Source: Bacteroidales bacterium
Lineage (GTDB): Bacteria > Bacteroidota > Bacteroidia > Bacteroidales > UBA3663
Reading direction: 5' to 3'
Assembly (NCBI GenBank): GCA_045639585.1
Contig: JAZUDJ010000088.1
Span: 562 to 64,561, forward strand
Length of the DNA: 64,000 bases
The notes under the pieces: generated by a model
Databases searched by the model: none
What the model saw: the letters and a program-made list of their open reading frames with translations, nothing else
What the model was told of the DNA's origin: nothing
Program-made: the position numbers and the translations under genes
In this document: positions 44,348-52,968 of the stretch, piece after piece
Layout of the letters: every line of letters begins with the position of its first letter
Numbering within the stretch: position 1 is the stretch's first letter

Positions 44348-45329
44348 AACGAATAAATGCCAATCTCACCAAAAGAAGATACAAACGATAATGGCGATGG
44401 ACAATGGCCCACTTCAAGGATCTGGTGAATTTTGTCCAAGGCCGATAATTCAGAGCATATTCATCGAGGAATTTGCATTCAATCTCTGCAATATTCTGTT
44501 TTTGATATTTTTTGTTTATGGGATGAGTCAGTCCAGAAAATACTAAACGATGCAAGTATGGTCCATAAAAAGAACCAAAGGAAGCCTGGAGTGCAGGACA
44601 AGGGTTAGTGGAGAATAAACGATCCCATACTTTTCTTAATTCGAAGAAACTCTGTCGCTCCGTCTCATAATCCCAATAACGAGTAGACATGCTTTCTCCA
44701 TGGGCAATGTAATGGTAGTTATTTGCTGAGGAGAGCAATAAGTTTCGACAAAATGAGATATAGGATACAACAAAATACATATCCTCACACATGTAAACAT
44801 GAGGAGAAAACAAAAGATGATGATCCTGAATGATGCTTCTACGATAAAGTTTTGCGAAAACATTACTTAAACTGGAAACATCGAAAGAAGAAAAAGCTGC
44901 CTGTGCGGACTCAATCAAATCGAAAAATCCAGGAGTGTATACAGACATCACTTCCTGACGGTCTTTCCTAATACGGGTAAAGCCTTGCACAACCAAATCT
45001 GCATCTGTCTGCTGAATATCTGTGTAAAGACCAGACAGATAATCCGGAAGTAATTCATCATCGGCATCGAGAAAGCAGATATACTCACCTCGTGCTTCTG
45101 CCAACGCCTTATTTCGAGCATGAAACAAGCCTTTCTGCTCATTCTGTATCAAACGAAAACGTTCGTCTCCGTGTGTAAGTTGTTCTGCTAAGGCATAGGA
45201 TCCATCGGTCGAAAGGTCATTGACAAGCAGCACCTCATAATCAGCAAAGGCCTGTTGCTGTATGGAGCGGATGCTACGAGATAGATGTTGCTCCTCGTTA
45301 TAAAAAGGGACGATGAGGGTAATCAGCAT
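44322..45329 (-). CDS. glycosyltransferase family 2
   Basis: MLITLIVPFYNEEQHL, VNDLSTDGS and FLDADDE. Confidence 0.85.
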   Translation of the reverse strand: MLITLIVPFYNEEQHLSRSIRSIQQQAFADYEVLLVNDLSTDGSYALAEQLTHGDERFRLIQNEQKGLFHARNKALAEARGEYICFLDADDELLPDYLSGLYTDIQQTDADLVVQGFTRIRKDRQEVMSVYTPGFFDLIESAQAAFSSFDVSSLSNVFAKLYRRSIIQDHHLLFSPHVYMCEDMYFVVSYISFCRNLLLSSANNYHYIAHGESMSTRYWDYETERQSFFELRKVWDRLFSTNPCPALQASFGSFYGPYLHRLVFSGLTHPINKKYQKQNIAEIECKFLDEYALNYRPWTKFTRSLKWAIVHRHYRLYLLLVRLAFIRYGIKARYV

Positions 45330-46273
45330 GACTTACGAGCGATTGACAAAAGAGAGCGCATAGGCCAAATGATGTGATAGGATCCGAGCAGATAGCAGAA
45401 ACGGTAAGCAAAACTCAAGTGATGATTCTTCCAAATAAGAGGCCAAGTTTCGGGATAATTACGACTCCATGCTTCATAATCTGGATGTTCTCCTTCGAGA
45501 TATAGGTCTCTTGCAGCTCGTTTCAGCAAGTTTAGTGCAGTTAAATGCTGCGGTGCATAAGTCTGGAAATAGGAAGTGAGATGACCGATTACTCTCTGGC
45601 ACTGAATAAAACCTTTAGTTCCTTTATTTTGATGGACAGTTGATTGTTCATGTGTCCTATCATAATGATATAAAGGTACTGATAGATATGCAACGGTCTT
45701 AACATGAACAAATACACGCATCAAAAGATCCAGATCTTCCCAAAAAGTGATTTCCTCGAAAGGATAAATATTATATTGCTCTATCAAAGAGCGTCGTACA
45801 GCATGTGTGCAGAGACTCCACCAACGCTGGTCGCCAAGACATGCTGCTGGAGGCAATTCCCGATAGGCCTCAACATATTGATAGGCTGAAAACTCATGGA
45901 TGAAAGAGCAGATTACGACATCGGCCTGTGTTTCAGATATCTTTTCACAAAAAGACTGATAGGCAGTCGGTTCCACCCAATCATCCGCATCACAATGAAT
46001 CAGATAGTCTCCGGAAGCTTCCTCCATGCCTCGCTTTCTAGCTCTTCCTATCCCTTCATGCCCCTGCAAAGTGATCATCTTGATCTGATCGTGACGCTCT
46101 GGGTATTCGCCGAGAGTCTGCTGAAGAATCTGCTCAGAATCATCATTGGATCCGTCATTTACAAAGATATATTCCAATCCTTCTCTCTGTATCTGCGCCA
46201 TCAAACTTCTAGCACATCGTTCAATGTATGTTGACACATTATAATAAGGAATGATGACTGAAAGCTGGATCAT
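45323..46273 (-). CDS. glycosyltransferase family 2
   Basis: LSVIIPYYNVSTYI, VNDGSNDDS and HCDADDW. Confidence 0.85.
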   Translation of the reverse strand: MIQLSVIIPYYNVSTYIERCARSLMAQIQREGLEYIFVNDGSNDDSEQILQQTLGEYPERHDQIKMITLQGHEGIGRARKRGMEEASGDYLIHCDADDWVEPTAYQSFCEKISETQADVVICSFIHEFSAYQYVEAYRELPPAACLGDQRWWSLCTHAVRRSLIEQYNIYPFEEITFWEDLDLLMRVFVHVKTVAYLSVPLYHYDRTHEQSTVHQNKGTKGFIQCQRVIGHLTSYFQTYAPQHLTALNLLKRAARDLYLEGEHPDYEAWSRNYPETWPLIWKNHHLSFAYRFCYLLGSYHIIWPMRSLLSIARKSC

Positions 46274-47208
46274 GAAAAGAATCGATACAGATTGTAGTGA
46301 TCAAACAAGGCTTTGAGCTGAATGTCGTTGCCTCCACAATCGACATTCTCTTTACTAAGTGCGATATCCTGAACAGACTCATCGCGGTAGATATCATACC
46401 ATAAATCAGTTGAGTTATGCAGGCGAAGAATAGGAATCCCAGCCAAGAGACTCATGGCTTTGAACCAAAGATCATCGGCAGTTGGGGACAGGCGCATAAA
46501 CAGGTCTTCATTGAAGACCTCCTCTGGCAAAGAATGAGGGGGATAAAGCACTCCATTAAAGCCTTCAGGAAGATAGCTATTAGAGATAGAATCTTCATAG
46601 GATGGAATCCCATAGCTGAATGTACTAAAAGGCTGTAACTGATGATCTGGAGTAAAAGATAGTGTTAATGAGGTGCGGCAGCAGATTGCTTCAGGATGTG
46701 ACTGATGCCCCTTGACAAGTTGCTCCACCAAGTAGGGAGGATACAACAAATCATCATCGACCGTAATGATACAGGCTTCAGGATATTCTTTGAGTGCGGG
46801 CAACAACTTAGTATAGGAACGCTGATCCTTAACAAATCGAATAGTCAAGCCCCGTTCTGTCTGCTTCTGCAAGACAGACGGAAGTTGATCTATGGACTGG
46901 TATTCTTCCTCTCCTATATATAATATAATATGATTAGGACGAAGTGTCTGCAGGAGCAATGACTCAATTGTTAAGTAGACAGTATCAATCCTCTTGCCAT
47001 GGGTAGTCAATGATACGACAATAGGCTTATCAGATACGAGGCCTTCTGTCACACCATATTGAGTAGAATGAAGAGCAGACTTCTGGAGCCTTTCTTTTAG
47101 CTCTTTATACTCTTTCTGACGCTGACACTTCTTGCGATAAGCATCAGGGAATCTCAAATACCAAAGGAATGTCCGAAGACTATGGTACAACGATCGAAAA
47201 GATATCAT
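46270..47208 (-). CDS. GT-A fold glycosyltransferase (unclassified)
   Basis: IVVSLTTHGKRIDTVYLTIESLLLQT and ITVDDDLLY. Confidence 0.6.
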   Translation of the reverse strand: MISFRSLYHSLRTFLWYLRFPDAYRKKCQRQKEYKELKERLQKSALHSTQYGVTEGLVSDKPIVVSLTTHGKRIDTVYLTIESLLLQTLRPNHIILYIGEEEYQSIDQLPSVLQKQTERGLTIRFVKDQRSYTKLLPALKEYPEACIITVDDDLLYPPYLVEQLVKGHQSHPEAICCRTSLTLSFTPDHQLQPFSTFSYGIPSYEDSISNSYLPEGFNGVLYPPHSLPEEVFNEDLFMRLSPTADDLWFKAMSLLAGIPILRLHNSTDLWYDIYRDESVQDIALSKENVDCGGNDIQLKALFDHYNLYRFFS

Positions 47209-47210
47209 AC

Positions 47211-48029
47211 TTATTGACGTCTATCAGGATGTATATGGACCAACTTATAGTCAAACTTTTCGAGAATCTTATTGATAAAAGCGACAATTCTCCACCCTAT
47301 CTTATAAGTAATTGTATATGGTTTACGGGTATGGCTCTTCCAGTATTCAGGTTCACGCCAACTACCTTGGCCTAGATGTTCTGCATAATGAAGTGTTTCT
47401 TCCCCAAATTTTTCCTTTTTCCAACTAAAGAAATGAGGAGGATATATAGTTATTCCATCTACTAGAGCCTGAGTTTTTGTGATTAATGGAGCAGGATCAT
47501 AGCCTATACTCTCTGCTAATTTACTTTGAATATATGGCATCATAAGCATATCATATCGCAGGGATTTTGGAACTTCAAGAGAAGAACAAGTCTGAAAATG
47601 CCTATCCTGATAATAAGAAAGATTCAATTTCAAGAATGGATGACCTTCTTCTGCACCAAAACAATGAGACGTAAGAAATACTTGTTCACCATCATCAAAT
47701 GTATGATATGGTGTGTCTTCTCGTCCAATAAAAAAACGGTCTTTCAGAAATGGGTCAAATGGTTGGAAAACCAAGACATCACTATCAAGATATACACCAC
47801 CCTCATGATATACGGCCCATAGACGAATATAATCGGCTGCAAATGCCCATTTTCGGGCAGCAATACACTCTTTCAGCCAAATTGAATCAATATCTTTGAT
47901 TCTTTCATAGTCCCAAAGAATGAATTCCCAGTCCGGCATGACCAGTTTCCATGAAGCAATGCATCGCTTAACGAGCTCTGGATAAGGTTCATTGCTAAAC
48001 CAACAATAATGAATTCTTTTCGGAATCAT
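47211..48029 (-). CDS. GT32-like glycosyltransferase, paralogue of 9889-10704
   Basis: MIPKRIHYCWFSNEPYP, ARKWAFAADYIR and GGVYLDSDV. Confidence 0.8.
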   Translation of the reverse strand: MIPKRIHYCWFSNEPYPELVKRCIASWKLVMPDWEFILWDYERIKDIDSIWLKECIAARKWAFAADYIRLWAVYHEGGVYLDSDVLVFQPFDPFLKDRFFIGREDTPYHTFDDGEQVFLTSHCFGAEEGHPFLKLNLSYYQDRHFQTCSSLEVPKSLRYDMLMMPYIQSKLAESIGYDPAPLITKTQALVDGITIYPPHFFSWKKEKFGEETLHYAEHLGQGSWREPEYWKSHTRKPYTITYKIGWRIVAFINKILEKFDYKLVHIHPDRRQ

Positions 48030-48036
48030 GATCGCC

Positions 48037-49317
48037 TTACAGTTCTATATTGTCCGTAGAAACTAACCCAATGATTCCATCCCTATCGCATATTAATGGC
48101 TGTCCAAATTGAGCTACTCCACCATCGACATGGATGACAGCACAATGAGGTGCATGCATATAATGACAAACATTGGGTTGGTGTAAGAAAATATCTATCA
48201 AATAATCACCACTACTAAGAAAACGCGGCAACTTGATCGTTTTTTTTATTGTAAATACTTTTGTAGTAATTGTCTTTGTGATGCCTCTATAATGTCCTTC
48301 GGCAAGGATAGCCATCGGTATTCCTTGCATATTCCGAAATTCAATGCGGACGTCCAGATCTGGAATAATTTCTGTCGTAATACCCTCCAAGAAAAACTCT
48401 AGAGTGGTCTGATTAGAAGTGATTATGCTTTCGGAAAATGGAGTACCATTCAGCTCTATTCGTGAAATTTTCAGAAAAGAACTCGTCCAGGCAATTCCAT
48501 CTATGATTTTTGGAGACGTGGGGGAAACTAACCCACTCATATATTTGAGGATTAGACTATCTACATCACCATCAAAGACTAAATGTCCATTGTCTAATAA
48601 CAGTCCTCGTGTACAGAGATTTTTTACAGCAGCCATATTGTGACTGACAAAAAGGACTGTTCGGCCCTCGCCTTTAGCCACATCCTGCATCTTGCCGAGA
48701 GCCTTTTTCTGAAACTCGGCATCACCAACTGCCAGGACCTCATCAACGACAAGAATCTCTGGTTCAAGGAATGCAGCAACGGCAAAACCGAGACGGACAG
48801 TCATGCCAGAAGAGTAGCGCTTAACTGGGGTATCGAGATAGCGCTCTATACCAGCAAAATCAACAATAGCATCAAGTTTTCGGCTAATCTCATGACGGGT
48901 CATTCCCATGATCGATCCGTTCATAAAGATATTTTCACGGCCGGTCATCTCGGGATGAAAACCCGTACCGACTTCGAGAAGGCTGGCTACGCGCCCCTGA
49001 TAGCGGATGCGTCCCGTGGTGGGACTGGTAATGTTAGAAAGCAGTTTGAGCAAGGTGCTCTTGCCTGCACCATTTTTACCAATGATGCCAACAACTTCAC
49101 CCTGCTCAACCTGAAAGGAGATATCCTTGAGTGCCCAAACGTAGTCAGAAGAACCTCGTACAGAACGATCGTTGACCTCTCCAATCTTTAGATAAGGATC
49201 TTCACGATGCAGAATACGAGTCTGCCACCAACGATTCAGGTCATGACTTAAAGTACCTGTACCGACTCGGCCGAGTCGGTACATTTTTCCTACATTATTA
49301 AATTCTATAGAACTCAC
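48037..49317 (-). CDS. wzt: polysaccharide ABC exporter ATP-binding protein with a C-terminal extension (Wzt-like)
   Basis: Walker A GIIGKNGAGKSTLLK, signature YSSGMTVRL, Walker B ILVVDEVLAVGD. About 180 extra C-terminal residues, as in glycan-binding Wzt proteins. Confidence 0.85.
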   Translation of the reverse strand: MSSIEFNNVGKMYRLGRVGTGTLSHDLNRWWQTRILHREDPYLKIGEVNDRSVRGSSDYVWALKDISFQVEQGEVVGIIGKNGAGKSTLLKLLSNITSPTTGRIRYQGRVASLLEVGTGFHPEMTGRENIFMNGSIMGMTRHEISRKLDAIVDFAGIERYLDTPVKRYSSGMTVRLGFAVAAFLEPEILVVDEVLAVGDAEFQKKALGKMQDVAKGEGRTVLFVSHNMAAVKNLCTRGLLLDNGHLVFDGDVDSLILKYMSGLVSPTSPKIIDGIAWTSSFLKISRIELNGTPFSESIITSNQTTLEFFLEGITTEIIPDLDVRIEFRNMQGIPMAILAEGHYRGITKTITTKVFTIKKTIKLPRFLSSGDYLIDIFLHQPNVCHYMHAPHCAVIHVDGGVAQFGQPLICDRDGIIGLVSTDNIEL

Positions 49318-51812
49318 TTTTTCTTCTTAGAAGTCTCCTTCTCGTCATCATCCTCGCCATATCCGTATGAAGAATACTGACTACCAGATCCGTATGCATA
49401 ACCATAACGTGCACCATAACGGTGGTTGCCATAGCGAGAGAAGGCGTCGGTAGTACCATTGAGAAGGACTGTCATCTTTGGCAAGCGCTTCTCGTCATAG
49501 TACTTCTGTACATCAGGCAACGCGGTACGCTGGAGAGCCTCTGCTCGGATAACAAAGAGGGTCATTGTAGCCAATCGTGCACAGATAGTTGCATCAGCAA
49601 CGATCTCGAGTGGAGGACAGTCGATAAAGATATAATCGTACTCCTTCTTCAACTCATTGATCATCGTATCGAGACGCTCCTCAAACAACAACTCGGTCGG
49701 GTTTGGTGGAATCTTACCGGCTGGAAGGACATCCAGATGATCGTTTAATCCGCTTGGCTTAATCAATGAGTGGAAATCATCGACATGACCAGCGAGATAG
49801 TTAGAAAGACCGATACTACGCTTTCCGACCATGGCCGAGAGGGAACGCTTGCGCATATCGATATCAACCACAAGAACACGCTTATTCTTTAATGCCAAAG
49901 CCATAGAGAGGTTGGTCACAACGAAAGTCTTACCAGAGTTCGGATTGAATGAGGTAAGCATAATGACTTGACCCTCTTCTGTGCGACCAGCCACGAATTC
50001 GAGGTTAGTACGAACCACTCGGAAAGCCTCATTCATGACATCGGTCTTTCCATCTCGGACCATAATATGCAATGTCTTGTCCTCCTTAGGCTGCTTACCG
50101 AAATGGAATCGCATACGAAGATTACGGAAGAAACGGACAAAAGCACCATCCGGATTGGTCATTGGAATCTCACCAAGGAATGGAATAGAGAGCACATCCA
50201 GATCCTTACGGCCACGAACAGAAGTGTTGACCATTTCACTTAGGATAATGATAACACATGGCAACAGGAAGCCGATCAAAAGACAGAGGATATAGACATT
50301 CTTTGCGACTGGGAAGGTAGGCCAATTGCTACCTGACGGAGGAGTCACAACGCGGCTATTATAAGCGGTGAAGGCCTGCGAAAGCTCATTCTCCTCACGC
50401 TTCTGAAGCAGGAAAAGATAAAGCGACTCCTTGACCTTCTGCTGACGCTCTACAGATAGCAAATATCGACTCTGTCCTGGAGCAGAAGCCACGCGGCTAT
50501 TACTGATAGCTTGTACACTCTGAGAACTACGAACCAAAAGGGAGACCTCACTGATGTAGCTGTCAATAGAACTGAGCATAGACGAGCGGAGACCCGCCAA
50601 CTGCATATCCATATCCTGGACCAAAGGGTTCTGAAGGGAGGATGCAGAAACCAAGTTGTTACGGCGAAGAAGCATCTCATTGTAAGCAGAGACCTGACCA
50701 CCTACCGATCCACCAAGACCCTCACTGGTAGGAATCAATTGATTATGGCTGGACTCATTGGTCAGATAGCTACGAATAGTACGGGCCATATACAACTGGT
50801 TGTTGAGCTTGACCTGCTCCTCACTGGCACTCTGGGCCTTACCCATATAGGCGCCTGCAGTTGCCTCAGCATCACCAATGATCAAGTGCTCAGACTTGTA
50901 GCTGGAAATATCACCTTCGACATTTCCCAACTCATTCTCAATAATCTTAAGTCGTTCACTGATGAAGTTATTGGTGCTGATGCTGACTTGGTTCTTCTCC
51001 TTCATCCACTGCTCATTGTAGATGTTAATGACATTATAAAGAATGTCTTCGGCCTTCTGGGGATTAAAGTCATTTACCACGAGGTTGATGACAGATGAAC
51101 CATTCTCAGGAGAAACAATCAACTCATTGACATAGAACGCCAAGGTGCTCTGCAAACTATGCTGTTCGACTACAATCGGACGATCGGTCTGATAATAGAA
51201 ATCAGTAGCATAGATCTTTACTTTGCCGACAGGGGTCTCAATCGTAGTACCCAATCGACCTTTCAAAGATTTATCGCTCCATTCCTGATCGTTAAGATAG
51301 ATGTTATGCAGAAGGAAGGCTGAATCTGGCAGTAACTCAAGGTTAAAACCGGCAGCCTTATTATCTGGAACATCAAGGAATTCAACCTTGACAGGGAGCG
51401 AGCTTCCATAAAGTGTACTGCGATAGAATCGACCTTGCACGAAATACTCCATCTGAAGACCTAAACGCTTGATAGCCTCAGTCATAATGACAGGTGACTT
51501 GAGCGTAAAGATCTCATTGTTCATATCGACATTGCTCTGGAACAGTTTATCATCAGACAAGACACCCAAATCCTGACTCTTTGCCACATCCTTGATCATA
51601 ATAGAGGATGTACGAGTATAAATAGGACGAGTATACTGAAGGTACAACTCGGCAGCTCCCCATCCCAGCAAAAGGCAAAGGATAATCCAAGGCCAATGGG
51701 AAACCAGAAGAAGAAGAATGTCGAGAGGACGCAAAGAAGGTCCTGCAGGCACCTGTGTCTGTTGAGCCGGCTGAGTTGCCTGAGTCTGTGTGGTTTGTGA
51801 TTCTGGTAACAT
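49314..51812 (-). CDS. wzc: polysaccharide co-polymerase / tyrosine autokinase (Wzc/GumC-like)
   Basis: Two TM segments flank a large periplasmic region. Motifs TSFNPNSGKTFV, VLVVDIDMRKRS and YIFIDCPP. Tyr-rich tail RYGNHRYGARYGYAYGSGSQYSSYGYG. Confidence 0.9.
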   Translation of the reverse strand: MLPESQTTQTQATQPAQQTQVPAGPSLRPLDILLLLVSHWPWIILCLLLGWGAAELYLQYTRPIYTRTSSIMIKDVAKSQDLGVLSDDKLFQSNVDMNNEIFTLKSPVIMTEAIKRLGLQMEYFVQGRFYRSTLYGSSLPVKVEFLDVPDNKAAGFNLELLPDSAFLLHNIYLNDQEWSDKSLKGRLGTTIETPVGKVKIYATDFYYQTDRPIVVEQHSLQSTLAFYVNELIVSPENGSSVINLVVNDFNPQKAEDILYNVINIYNEQWMKEKNQVSISTNNFISERLKIIENELGNVEGDISSYKSEHLIIGDAEATAGAYMGKAQSASEEQVKLNNQLYMARTIRSYLTNESSHNQLIPTSEGLGGSVGGQVSAYNEMLLRRNNLVSASSLQNPLVQDMDMQLAGLRSSMLSSIDSYISEVSLLVRSSQSVQAISNSRVASAPGQSRYLLSVERQQKVKESLYLFLLQKREENELSQAFTAYNSRVVTPPSGSNWPTFPVAKNVYILCLLIGFLLPCVIIILSEMVNTSVRGRKDLDVLSIPFLGEIPMTNPDGAFVRFFRNLRMRFHFGKQPKEDKTLHIMVRDGKTDVMNEAFRVVRTNLEFVAGRTEEGQVIMLTSFNPNSGKTFVVTNLSMALALKNKRVLVVDIDMRKRSLSAMVGKRSIGLSNYLAGHVDDFHSLIKPSGLNDHLDVLPAGKIPPNPTELLFEERLDTMINELKKEYDYIFIDCPPLEIVADATICARLATMTLFVIRAEALQRTALPDVQKYYDEKRLPKMTVLLNGTTDAFSRYGNHRYGARYGYAYGSGSQYSSYGYGEDDDEKETSKKKK

Positions 51813-51854
51813 ATAAGGATAATTACGAATTACAAAACTCTGGTTACAAATTAT
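51813..51854 (-). repeat. heptamer array (GTAATTN variant), 6 units, filling the wza-wzc gap
   Basis: Plus strand ATAAGGA TAATTAC GAATTAC AAAACTC TGGTTAC AAATTAT. The reverse complement of 51821-51836 equals 235-250 (TTTGTAATTCGTAATT). Confidence 0.8.
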
Positions 51855-52684
51855 TTGAAGATTGCGATGACAGTAAGAGCGCTGGTGAGAAGACCGACCC
51901 AGAAGGTATAATTAACCATGCTGCTACCATACTCTGTAGTGGTACGCTTCACCTTATCACTTGGCTCTACATAAACGATGTCATTCTGCTGGAGATAATA
52001 AGCAGGAGAATTATAAAGTTCCTCTGCGGAACAGAGATTTACCTCGTATGCAATACGCTGATTGGCACCGCTCTCACGGATAACTCGCACATTCTCACGC
52101 TGGCCAGTGATATCCAAGTCTCCTGCCTGAGTGATGGCATCAAGAATAGTGAACTGGTCGCGATCGATAGGAATACGACGTACACCAGTTGCACCCATCA
52201 TCAAAACGTTAAGATTAACAAATTCAACAGTAATGATAGGATCTTTCACCAAATTCTGAGCAATCAGCTCTTCCTTGATATATTCCTGTAGTTCTTCACG
52301 CGTCTTATTAAGGACATTCAAACGGCCCAAAATAGGGAAATTAATGTAGCCATCCGATCCTACTGTATACTCAGAAGGTTGAGTACCAGTATTTGTTGTC
52401 ATAGCATTACCAGCACTATTGATAGAATAATTACTGTGCAAGCTGAACAACTGCGACAATGATGCATCACGGGTACTAACAAGGATACTCACCTTATCTG
52501 CTGGGTGCAGGCGAATGCTCTGTGGCTTAACGATAGGGACTCGCTTCTCAAGTGGCATATCCTGGAAATAAGCCACGTTGTAAGGTGTAGAGCAAGATGA
52601 TAGCGCTACAAGTAAGAGCATCAGTGAGAACAAGAATGACCGATGAGAGGTCATGTGACTGAATGAGTTACTAAGAATTTTCAT
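51851..52684 (-). CDS. wza: polysaccharide export outer-membrane protein (Wza/Poly_export + SLBB)
   Basis: Signal/lipobox LLLVALSSCS. Size and position immediately upstream of wzc fit Wza. Has the PADKVSI and GAxGVRRIPI-type SLBB pattern. Confidence 0.85.
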   Translation of the reverse strand: MKILSNSFSHMTSHRSFLFSLMLLLVALSSCSTPYNVAYFQDMPLEKRVPIVKPQSIRLHPADKVSILVSTRDASLSQLFSLHSNYSINSAGNAMTTNTGTQPSEYTVGSDGYINFPILGRLNVLNKTREELQEYIKEELIAQNLVKDPIITVEFVNLNVLMMGATGVRRIPIDRDQFTILDAITQAGDLDITGQRENVRVIRESGANQRIAYEVNLCSAEELYNSPAYYLQQNDIVYVEPSDKVKRTTTEYGSSMVNYTFWVGLLTSALTVIAIFK

Positions 52685-52721
52685 ATCAGGAGTTATTTTA
52701 TATTTGGCAAAAAAGATTTGG

Positions 52722-52729
52722 CAAAGGTA
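52722..52729 (-). promoter_or_regulatory. candidate -7 box upstream of wza
   Basis: The minus strand reads TACCTTTG (TAnnTTTG), 38 nt upstream of the wza ATG. No clear -33. Adjacent direct repeat ATTTGGCAAA x2 (52702-52711 and 52717-52726). Confidence 0.3.
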
Positions 52730-52823
52730 TACATTTCTAGAGAGACATGCCTACGGCGGTGGTCACCACACGGAGCGTACGGCAATCACACTATACGTCG
52801 CGCAAATATATAAATAAATAATG

Positions 52824-52866
52824 ACTCCTCAAAATCTCAGCGAAAAAAAATGAGATTTTGAGGAGT
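52824..52866. terminator. 16-bp perfect hairpin terminating the ABC-2 transporter operon
   Basis: ACTCCTCAAAATCTCA (52824-52839), 11-nt loop, TGAGATTTTGAGGAGT (52851-52866). T-rich on both outer flanks. About 100 nt downstream of the stop at 52969. Confidence 0.65.
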
Positions 52867-52968
52867 TTTCGTGGGTTTATTGCACAAAAAAGCAAAAATA
52901 AACGATTTTTTGATGTTGTTTTATGTTTATTTATCAGTTTTCTCTATGACTATGATAATATGTTGTAA

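Noticed and set aside
52685-52968. Invertible (fin-type) promoter upstream of wza, as known for Bacteroides capsule loci
   Set aside because: I found no pair of inverted repeats flanking a promoter-sized segment. The only strong inverted repeat is the 16-bp hairpin at 52824-52866, which is best explained as the terminator of the upstream ABC operon. The ACGT-containing centres of the 24.8-kb palindromes resemble the remembered ARACGTWCGT recombinase consensus only partly.
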